The position numbers and the translations under genes were made by a program. Positions 38,401 through 49,076 of a stretch of DNA of 64,000 nucleotides are shown here, piece after piece. The notes below the pieces were generated by a model. The model worked only from the letters and a program-made list of their open reading frames with translations, had not been told where the DNA came from and did no database searches. This stretch comes from Antedon mediterranea. Lineage: Eukaryota > Animalia > Echinodermata. Within the stretch, counting starts at the first letter, position 1. Each line of letters begins with the position of its first letter. Where the stretch lies: contig NC_092673.1 of NCBI RefSeq assembly GCF_964355755.1, positions 20,953,648 through 21,017,647 on the forward strand, given 5' to 3'.

Positions 38401-41400
38401 TTAAACTGGTTTTTGTCAAAGTTCTTTTGGCTAGTTCTAAAAACAACGTAATCACCGGGTATCCAATCGAGTTTGAACAATACCATGAAAGCCCCAATGG
38501 TCTAATGGTTAGGGCAACTGCATATCAAGCAGACGGTCCGACTTCGAGTATCGGTTGGGGCGACTTTTTCTCATTCTCAAAGATTTCCTCATCTTTATCG
38601 TTTCAAATTAATTAATTAAATTTCAGTATATCACCGGGCGGTTTAGAATTAATGTTCTTTGCCCAATGTGATTATTATTATTCTACAGGTGCATAACCAA
38701 AATGTTTACGTTTTATATGTAACTAAAACTAATTCAATTGTACATAGATGATATGGTCTTGTTCATAAAAGTGCAAAAAACATTGCCCTTTGTCACTTTT
38801 GGTCATAGAGATAATACAAGCCAGAGGCTAGAGGGCGGACTAGGTGGTCGTGAAGAAGGATCATATGGAGAAGTCCTCTACGAGATGGCCGCCAGGCTTG
38901 TTTGACAATTTCTAAACAGATTAATAATAATTGATACGAGTTTGTAAAGAACCATATAAAAACAAGGGTTTAAATGCATATATATAAACATCACAGGCAC
39001 AGAATAAATTCTAAATCGCCCAGTGATATACTGAAATTTAATTTGAAACTATAAAAGTGAGGAAATCGGCCCAACCAAAATTCAAACCCAGAACCGTCTG
39101 CTTGATATGCATATTTTCTAACCATTAGACATCTGGGGCTTCATAGTATTGTTCAAATTTGATTGGAAAGCGACCCTTTAACACTCTTGGCGTAATACAG
39201 CGAAACAGTACTAGTCCCTCAATTGTATGCATGCGCACCAGAAATTAAATTGATATGCCCTCATCTTTCATTGTATTAAATCACAAATCTCAAGATACTT
39301 TTACATATATAAAACAAACAAAGGCCCAGAATAAATTCTAAACCCCCGGACAATGGGAATAATAATTTATAGAACCAAATACTTTATAATTTGTATACGA
39401 GGATCGTTTTAGAAAATATACGCGTGGTGATTACGCTCTCTCAGGCAAAGTATAAATTGTTTTCAGTGGCCGGTGGTTGATTTGCAGCAGTCATCTTTGA
39501 GAGTACCTCTCCACAGATAGACACATAAACATCAATTTTATATCTATGGTGGTGGTATACATACTTCATTGTTTTTCTCTTCCTCCATTTCATTTTCTTC
39601 CTCTTCTTTCTTTGCAATCACATTATACATTGTCCTTTTCAACTGTGTTCTTTTCACTAATCGATCTTGATCCACTAAAATCTCATCAATTTGCTTCAAC
39701 ACTGACCGATCAAATGAACTAAATGACTATAAAAAAAAACAAACATGTTATTCCAATTGTATAAAAACATATCTGCATTTCATGTACACTGATAAACTAT
39801 CTGTCATTCCTATGCAGGAGATTTTGATATTTATTAATGATAGTATGAGATGCCAAGATTAAATAAATATAGTACAAGGTTTATAGAGTTTATATAAAGT
39901 TTATCTTAAAGTAGCGTTTGATAGTGTTTAGTAATATACCGTAAAGCCTCGAAAAGAAGCCCATCTATTCGGTCCACTGGGCTTATATTTATATTCAAGA
40001 TAAAATGGGCTTCTTTTCTAGATAGACTATTTGAATATCAAAAGAACAAGGTGATTTACTACCAGATGACTTGTGATAGATATAACGTATATGATCAAGT
40101 TATCATACTTTTATTTTAGTTTAAAATGCTATTTTGATCACATTACGTAAAATTGTTCAATAATGTCTCAAAAATTCTGTTATTGTATTTCCAATTCACC
40201 TCCCCCACCCCCAACTTAAGTTTGCAAAAGTAATTTCGAAAAGAAGCCCACCCAATAGGACTTACTACAAAAAGAAGAAACCCATGGGCTTCCATACTAT
40301 AGAAAGTATATGGGATGGGACAGCCAAACCTGGAATACAGAGAATTGGAGACACATCTCAAATTGATAATTATTGATTTATGGTATTGTACTTATAGCAA
40401 TAAAACATGGTATAAACATGAATGAAATTGATGCATTTTTATCACATACTTTACTGTTTAATTTCCCTGATGAAACTTTTGTTTTATCGTGCCATTTCTG
40501 CAATGTTTGATTTCTGTACTCAGTAAAGTTTTTATGTCTTTTTGCTAAAATGTCTTCATAGTCTTGAAGTCTACGTTTCTTGCTTGTAGATGAAGCAGGT
40601 TTTGTTGTCTCTTCTTCCTCCTCGTCGTCATGGATATCCTTTTTAGAAGGCAACCTTTTTTCATCATCACTTGGAATCTCATCATCACTTGGAATCTCCT
40701 CATGACTTGTGATTTCTTCATCTTCGTCACTTAAGAAAGTTGTATAAATTATTTACAATATTTATTTTCTGCTTCAACAAATGTAAATCACTTTGAAGAT
40801 GCTTTGTGGAATTCTTTGTGCCTACATAGGCAGTAACAATGTGCCACATTTACTTGCAGTTATAACAGAACCCCAACTATTAGTTGTCTACTTTCTTTAG
40901 TTAAAAGATTCACTCTGTAGATCCATCCATTAAAGTAAAGGGTAGGTCTGCTCGAGGTCCGAGCGATGACAAGTAAACTGCTATATATTTATAAAGCCTT
41001 GTCTACACTATCAAACTTTATGTGACAAAAAAACATGATGTTCCCATATATGGACACAATGATGTCATATCACTACCATATATAAGAATATAACTATACC
41101 ATATTTGGGCTACTAGTTTGATAGCGTAGACAGTGCTTTAATAGAAAATTCTTACTTTTCTATGGGTTTAGGTTTTCCACCTTGAATAACATGTTTTGTC
41201 TCTGGATTTTGTAGCAAAAGTGCCTCCTGAAGGTTGATAAGCATGTCTAACAAACTTGATAGTTCTTGTTTAGCTTGTAAGAAAAAGCAAAAACAATTAA
41301 CAATAGAGTGGACTTCCAAAGAAAACACTCTACAATACAATATTATAATAAGTACTACACTACTACAGGCTCATATTAGTATTAAAGTACACTGTAAAAT

Positions 41401-44400
41401 GACCCCGCTAATCTTAAAATAGTTCATACGCCTTACACAAGACCACTTAATGTCCCATTCAAAGGACAACATAACAAATATACTATCATCATAAATACTA
41501 TCATGCCAAATAAACTGAAAAAATATTAAAAAATTTTAAAAGATACCTTTGTTTTGTATTTGAATTAATTCTTTGCCCGCAACTGCTTTGATTTGTGGGA
41601 AGCTATCATTCTGAGGCATCTGATTGGACATTGAAAGTGCTTTCTGTACCTTGATACGGATTTCCATAAAGTTATCCCATAAGCCTGTTTTTCACAAACA
41701 TAAAATAAAGTTATATTTCAAGCTATTATAATGATCTTTTCTCTTCTACTTAGCACAAGTGAATAATCTAGTATTGTATACCATATGTTTCTTCTAACCA
41801 ATTGGCAATGTAGAAAAGCCTTTAAGTTAGTAAGTGGTAGAGTGGTTAAGACAGTTAACTAGCCATAAATCGCACTTGCTCCATAGTTCTGGTGGTAAAA
41901 CGAGACTTCTCGGATAAGGACTATAAACCGTAGGTCTAGTGTACACATTTAGCTCATGTGCAATTTAAAGAACTTAGTACATCTTTCGAGACGAGTAGGG
42001 GGTTACTCCGGTGTATTAGTACACACACAGCCACTGTCACACTCATCATAACTGGGCCATCTGACAGACCAGTCTATGACTGAAGAGGTCACCCAGTATA
42101 AAGAAATAATAAATAAAAAAGTTTACTATGAAATGCTGAAATGAAATAAAGCCAGCACGCAAATAAATTATACTAACCCAGCTGTGCTTTAGCTGCATTG
42201 CCTTTCTGAATTTCTTCATTTAAATCTTGATTAGAAAATGGCTTCAACATTTCATCCTCCTCTTCTTCCACCCCTAAACTGTTATCCTCTTCTGAACTTT
42301 CATCTCCTTCTTCATCTGAACCTATTACAAGAACAACAGATATATATTATTGAATATAATTTGTTACAACATGGGTTCAATAATGTAGTAATGTGCACTC
42401 TTTATTTTTTCACTATAATGCACTGGAGTGCAAAAAGTGCGCCGCAAAAAATTAAACAGCACTCTGCGTGTACTGTAAATCGTATTGCAGATTATCGATC
42501 AAGCTGGAATTCCTGCACGATTTACAAGTACGAACCAGGTTGTCTACACCGTGGCCCCATAAAAATAAAAAAAACATACACCACGCCATGGTAGGCCTAG
42601 CTTTTTTCTAGCCTAGGCATATTCACCAAAAAAGGTATAAGTGAAAATAGTTCATAGATGCATGTTATAAAACAAATACTGCACAAGTCTAAATTGGAGC
42701 ATTCAAAGGTATTTACAATGTTGCGACATGCATGAGGTGCAGCCAAGTGCATCTTGCATGACATTGTGAATACCTCCACTAATGCACTCTGACTTTGTCT
42801 TTATTCTTTGGTCCATTCTACCAGGAATATTCATTGGTGGTTTTAAAAAAGCAACCAAGTTTTACTCTCATTTTGTCATTGCTATACCTTCAGATTCATC
42901 ATTTTCTTCGTTGCTGTGTTCTTCTTCATCCGTCCCCTCTTCCTCATAATTATCAACTTCATCTTCCTCCTCACTGCCTTCTGCTATCAATTCTTGTTTA
43001 CACTTGATAGATGATATTGTGTTATCTTCCGTAAACTCAATGTCAATTGGGTCAAGTAACAATTCAGTATCTGTTGGTAAAAATATAATATATATTTAAA
43101 GTTTCATCACTGAAATTTATTAGCAAAATAGGTTTATCGTTACATTATAGTATTACGGTGGCAACGTCAGAATACTATGTGACATCACTTGTTACTCGGC
43201 AATGACACAAGCGTTCAATGACTTTTTTCTGGTCTACGATTCAATGGTATCTTTTTGTTAACAGGCACTGTACATCATTTTAAACTGATCGTTACTTCCA
43301 AATCTTCATTATTTTCCAAACTTTTAGCTTGTAAATAAAAGTTAGTCACTTAAGGTACACCAGATATTAAAAGATATGTACACAAATAAGGCCACTCTAG
43401 TTCAACTGTGGTTCGCTTGGCTAGAAAGTTTCACCATTGTATTGCAGACCGGAAAAAAAGTAATTAAACACTGGGGTCGTTGCCAAGTAAAAAGTGGTAT
43501 TGTGACATAAAAGTGATACTCTTTAAGGTAGAATTGGAACCAAAATTATTTTTTGGAAACAACACTACAATATTCAAAACTTCTGAATAGGAACCTATGA
43601 TACATCATCTGTTTCCCGAATAAAAATCATATACGGTCTGTACGGAGTAATATATACAGAATTCATAAACTTCAAAAAACATAATTAGACCGATCAAAAT
43701 GGCATGTTACTATTATTAACTCAATTTTGTTTTATTCCCTACTCACTCCCCTTAATGCCACTTAATTGAAATTAGCCAAATATACAGCCCACCAAAAAAC
43801 ACCAACAATATAACTTTTTTGTTACCATCTAGTGAGTCACCATCTAGGGAGTCATCAGAATCAATCTGCAATTCTTTCCGTGAAACTGTTTTTCCAGAGT
43901 ATTTCTTGTCGGTTGATTCTAACAGACTTGCATTCCTCTGTCGTAAAGAGCTTGGTTGTGAAAGATCTTTGTCATCATCCTCATCATACTGATCATCTAA
44001 CTGTGCTCTTGAATCTAACAAAAAAAATGGAATTTCTAGCACCTGTACAACATATAAAAGAAGGCAGAGATACAGCGATTCATTGATAACTATTTTTTTG
44101 TTTTGTGGCAAAAAATAAGTGGACGATGGATTGTTTTAGAATGAAAAGTATATACTGTATTTTTACTTGTTTCTGGGAAGAAAAGTATAGGCCTAATAAA
44201 ATATTTTTTGTATCATATATGACAAATGACAAGGACAACTTCGACAAAATTAACATTTATAATTACAAAACTGATTTAAACAAAGAAAAGGGGAAAATTC
44301 TTGAAGCAGATGCTTATAAAAGAAAAAAACCCATTTAAATATAAAATTCATTAATAAATGTAAATCAGCTCAAAATTATAATTTCAAAGAAGTTTTCCAA

Positions 44401-46828
44401 CAAAATACTACATTAATACTAAGCAAACAATTTAGTTTTTATTTTTGATTTATAAAAGAATCGGTTTACGAATTACTTTCTGAAATCAAATGCATAAGAA
44501 TGGGTTTACTAATTACTTTCTGAAATCAAATGCATACAGTAGGCATGGGTTTACTAATTACTTTCTGAAATCAAATGCATAGGCATGGGTTTACTAATTA
44601 CTTTCTGAAATCAAATGCATAGGCATGGGTTTACTAATTACTTTCTGAAATCAAATGCATAGGCATGGGTTTACTGATTACTTTCTGAAATCAAATGCAT
44701 AGGCATGGGTTTACTAATTACTTTCTGAAATCAAATGCATAGGCATGGGTTTACTAATTACTTTCTGAAATCAAATGCATAGGCATGGGTTTACTAATTA
44801 TTTTCTGAAATCAAATGCATAGGCATGGGTTTACTAATTACTTTCTGAAATCAAATGCATAGGCATGGGTTTACTAATTACTTTCTGAAATCAAATGCAT
44901 AGGCATGGGTTTACTAATTACTTTCTGAAATCAAATGCATAGGCATGGGTTTACTAATTACTTTCTGAAATCAAATGCATAGGCATGGGTTTACTAATTA
45001 CTTTCTGAAATCAAATGCATAGGCATGGGTTTACTAATTACTTTCTGAAATCAAATGCATAGGCATGGGTTTACTAATTACTTTCTGAAATCAAATGCAT
45101 AGGCATGGGTTTACTAATTACTTTCTAAAATCAAATGCATAGGCATGGGTTTACTAATTACTTTCTGAAATCAAATGCATAGGCATCGGTTTACTAATTA
45201 CTTTCTGAAATCAAATGCATAGGCATCGGTTTACTAATTACTTTCTGAAATCAAATGCATAGGCATGGGTTTACTAATTACTTTCTGAAATCAAATGCAT
45301 AGGCATGGGTTTACTAATTACTTTCTGAAATCAAATGTATAGGCATGGGTTTACTAATTACTTTCTGAAATCAAATGTATAGGCATGGGTTTACTAATTA
45401 CTTTCTGAAATCAAATGCATAGGCATGGGTTTACTAATTACTTTCTGAAATCAAATGCATAGGCATACTAATTACTTTCTGAAATCAAATGTATAGGCAT
45501 GGGTTTACTAATTACTTTATCATATTATATAATTCTTATAGACATTTTTTGTACAGTTTTCTATTACATGAACATTTGTGGAGTATTGAAGACACTACAA
45601 TTTGTGACGTTTTTTTAAAAATAATACATACATTACTTTAAAAACATTAAACCAGGTCATTCCTTGTCTTAAATGTACGTTTTATGGTAATTTATGATAA
45701 AAAGTCAGAAACAATGTACTACCTAAGTAGCTTGCGACGAGGCTTAGTTTTGTAGGCCTAGGTGGTAAACATCAGTAACGTACGAACATCGTACGCTAGC
45801 TATATACCTAGTCTGACGTTGTATAGTTGCTGCATTACTTGTCTTTCTATTTTTGCCAGATTCCGTTGATACAAATTGAGGAAAACCCGTTATTTTCGCT
45901 GAAAAGTTAGGAGTCTTCCATTTGTTTTGATCAAAAAGTGGGTGAATTACATAAGAAAAAAGAAATATCAATGTGCGCGCAATGCATTTTGGGATTTATA
46001 GCGGGTCGCTATAATTATTACAATCAACTTATTTTTCACATTTTTAACCATTTAAAGACGAAAAAGGTTATCGCAATAGGACCATATATAGTATTATTTT
46101 TACATTAAATATAGTTTGTGATCTTAAAATAGATCTAAAAACGTAGGAAAGGTGTCTTTAAATACAACGGAGAGTTTATTCCATATTAAAATTCCTTTAT
46201 TTGAATGATAAACACATTTGTTTTAACGTAGTTTTCCTTAAATTGATATGAAAATGTTCATGCTGTCTGGTATTATACTTATAGTTATGGATATCTTTAT
46301 TTTGTTTAAAATATTACCGATGGATTATATATAGGCCTAGGCCTAGCCTATATTATATAATAAATTAATATATTCCTATATAAAACTTGGATCATCCTAA
46401 AACTCTACCGACCGGGGGTAGGCCTAGTAGTATGGCCTATTATGGCTAGTTTAGAGAGGATTAGAATGGAGGCCAACTGGCGCTACTTTACTGTACTTTC
46501 GCACCTAACTAGGCATAATACTTCACGGCGGTTACTCGGCATCCGGTTACTCACCCTCACCGCCGCGCAGCGAGATTCATACCAGCGACTAGCCTAGGCT
46601 AGGGTCGGCTAGGCTAGCTAGAGTAGTAGTACTAGGAGTAGGCTAGAGCCTAGAGGGCATCTAGACTAGGCCTACCATTTTAGGCTACTAGTATTGAGCA
46701 TGGCTTACACATATACCCAGCAACTTACAAGAAAAATCTTCGTCTTCAGGGTCTTCAAATTGTGGTGTCGGGTTGCTTAAAATAGCGAACTGTTCTGCAA
46801 TATTATCAGACTTTTTACTTGTCGACAT
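32434..46828 (-). CDS. AATF: AATF / BFR2 / Che-1 (nucleolar SSU processome factor), 13 coding exons, about 556 aa
   Basis: Phase-consistent GT-AG exons: 46828-46729, 44014-43826, 43070-42888, 42321-42178, 41684-41547, 41273-41156, 40729-40450, 39726-39565, 37441-37364, 36770-36709, 35065-34985, 34394-34323, 32497-32434 (1671 nt). Diagnostic peptides: [124 protein letters not shown]. Confidence 0.96.
32657..33970. repeat. 94-bp tandem array, about 14 near-identical units, in the last AATF intron
   Basis: Unit ataagtgtgatgtgcccaaatatggtagtgatatatatgggcacatcacataaagtacagtaggttgtcttacacatgtcatgcattattttaa, with starts 94 bp apart (32661, 32755, 32849...). Confidence 0.95.
35545..35860 (-). mobile_element. 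tRNA-derived SINE, family A (AATF intron)
   Basis: Near-identical to 678-984 over about 300 bp. Confidence 0.85.
37602..38459 (-). mobile_element. 3' fragment of a LINE (CR1/L2-clade-like ORF2 C-terminus plus 3' tail)
   Basis: ORF 37860-38486 contains [42 protein letters not shown], the typical post-RT region of CR1/L2/Crack LINEs. The tail has (aaatgtgg/aaat) repeats. Confidence 0.85.
38491..38562 (+). pseudogene. tRNA-like cloverleaf (ATC anticodon, Asp-like) inside a dispersed repeat; a diverged inverted copy lies at about 39068-39140
   Basis: Acceptor stem gccccaa/ttggggc, A box tggtctaatggtt, anticodon arm ctgc-atatcaa-gcag, T arm ccgac-ttcgagt-atcgg (one mismatch), followed by TTTTT at 38565-38569. 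Confidence 0.55.
41830..42118 (+). mobile_element. tRNA-derived SINE, family A (AATF intron)
   Basis: gtggtagagtggttaagacag...cggataaggactataaaccgtagg...cacccagtataaagaaataataaat. Confidence 0.8.
44462..45519. repeat. 40-bp minisatellite, about 26 units, in AATF intron 1
   Basis: Unit aggcatgggtttactaattactttctgaaatcaaatgcat, head-to-tail with rare point variants. Confidence 0.95.
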
Positions 46829-46879
46829 TTTGTCTTCCTCGACGATCCATGTGTTTTTCGCGAGTCGCGACCCATGGGA

Positions 46880-46950
46880 ATCAATGACCCGGAACGATGA
46901 TGGCCAATCAGATTAGTGTTTTTTAGTCGCGGTTTATGATTGGTTAAATG
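46880..46950 (-). promoter_or_regulatory. Probable AATF proximal promoter with two CCAAT boxes
   Basis: GGCCAATCAG at about 46902 and GATTGG at about 46938, in a locally CpG-richer stretch 70-120 bp upstream of the AATF ATG at 46828. Confidence 0.4.
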
Positions 46951-48584
46951 TTTTTTTTATTTCACACACGGGGGACGGCGGATTTTTATTCTCATTATAG
47001 AATGAAGGAACCGTGTTACTGTAACTGCAAATGAATCAAGTAGTTTTCAAATTCATTAAGTAAAATGTATATTTATTTTCAAATAAAATAAAAAATAAAA
47101 TGATAAATTCAATAATACTTTTTGTTATAAATCGTTGGCTTTCTATTTTAATTTTGAGACTTAAACAGAAAAAGGTAGATATATTGTAGGAATTTGCTGG
47201 GCAATGTTAAACAGTTTTTTTAATTAGGAAAAAGGTAATGTGTGCGCAAATATGAAGCATCTTAAAAAGTATTCAAGTGAAACATATACTTTAGGTTAAA
47301 AGTTTTAAAATGTTCTAAAAGATCCATGCTCAATAAAAAACTTATAAAAACCTAATTTATATATAAAATCTTTGTATGATAAAAAGAAAGGTAACTAGCT
47401 ATAAACATTTGATTTTGTAATAATTCTTCTGTTTATAAATCAATTTATACATTTAAATGTGACTATAACGTAACTATATACAAAGAACAAATTATTTTTT
47501 AAAGCTTTAAAATTAGCAAACATAAAATAAAAATATGAGAAATTAAATTAAATGGAAGACGATACAGAGCTTTTAAAATAAACAGAAATCCAAGCAGCAT
47601 TATAAATCGTAGTTCATACATACAATCGAATATTACAATATATTACCTCACATAAAACATTTAAAATTTAACAAAATCAACTTATTTGTATAGAAAAGTA
47701 TAACCTTAAATTCTAAATCATAATTTGACACTTAAAACTTACATAGAAATATTTAGTAATACATTTAACAATACAAAGTATATAAATAATACTGTATTAA
47801 CGAAAGAAACATATTCAAACATATCAACTTTTAAGCTTTAGTTGACAGCAGCCACCACAGCCTGACATAAATAATTACCATACTGACTTGGTTATAAGCT
47901 AAAGAATTTGTATGATAAACTGTATAAAACGCTATACATTTGCCCTGTATCTCCACACAAGTCATCAAGTAGATAACTTGGACACAGACTTGTTCATCAT
48001 TTATATATCGTTTTATAATGAAATAGCTACACTTCACATGACAGAGCTACAGTACACTTTCACTTTCATGTATATCACTATTATTTGCACATAAACTTTT
48101 CTTTTTTATTTATATTTTATTTTATAAGTAAGAATAACATCGTTACACTTCACAATTTCACAAAACAAATGATTCAAATAGTAAACAAGCACATTTTTAT
48201 GACACAAGGTCACCACATATTTTTTTAATTTGTCAACAATGATTCTCAAATGGTAAAAAATTTTGGGTTTATCAATTTATTATGGACAAAAAACATGATC
48301 GTTTATGGGAAGATACAAGAAGTTTGGCAAGTGGGGACTAAACACGGGATATGAGATTCTCCCACAAACCAATTATTTCTATTAAGTCATTTTCCTTGCT
48401 TTTCACATTGAGTTCATTCAGTCCTACGGTATTAGAAATTTAGATTTAATGTAACAAAGAATTAAAAAAACAAAAAATTTGTTTTAAGAAAAAAATGTTG
48501 TTTTAATGTTCTCTAATGTCAAAAAAGGTGTTCATTTTACCTGAAACATATTAAGTAGATGGAATGTAAGTAAAGTAATGTAAA

Positions 48585-49062
48585 TATAGGAAACAGATCA
48601 AGGCTAGCAATACTGTTATCTTTTTAGGGCATTGAGAGGACTGAAACCCCATGAAACTGATCAAGGCTAGCAAAACTGTTTTCATAGGGCATTGAGAGGA
48701 CTGAAACCCCATGAAACTGATCAAGGCTAGCAAAACTGTTTTCATAGGGCATTAAGGGGACTGAAACCCCAGGAAACTGATCAAAGGTAACAACACTGTT
48801 TCCTTAGTGTATTGAGAGGACTGAAGCCCCAGCAGACAGATCAGGGCTAGCAACACTGTATTCTTAGGGCACTGAGAGGACTGAAACCTTCGGAAACAGA
48901 TCAAAGGTACAACACTGTTTCCTTAGTGTATTGAGAGGACTGACAGCAGACAGATCACGGCTAGCAACACTTTTTTCTTAGGGCATTGAGAGGACTGAAA
49001 CCCTAGGAAACAGATCAAGGCTAGCAACACCGATTTCTTAGGGCCTTGGGAGGACTGGGACG
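48585..49062. repeat. About 60-bp degenerate tandem repeat (about 8 units) just 3' of the TIR-SLOG stop codon
   Basis: Unit tagggcattgagaggactgaaaccccatgaaactgatcaaggctagcaaaactgttttca. Confidence 0.85.
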
Positions 49063-49076
49063 TTATAGGGAACACA

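Noticed and set aside
38491-38562. Functional tRNA-Asp gene
   Set aside because: Mismatched T-stem, short anticodon stem, unusual ATC anticodon, and it lies within a dispersed repeat.
44462-45519. CRISPR-like appearance of the 40-bp array
   Set aside because: Units are head-to-tail with no unique spacers, there are no cas genes, and it sits in a eukaryotic intron.
48337-48423. Possible extra coding exon (GLNELNVKSKENDLIEIIGLWENLISRV*) for the TIR-SLOG gene
   Set aside because: It needs a phase-1 donor, but the frame upstream of the nearby donor at 48540 is closed and the main frame already stops at 49077.
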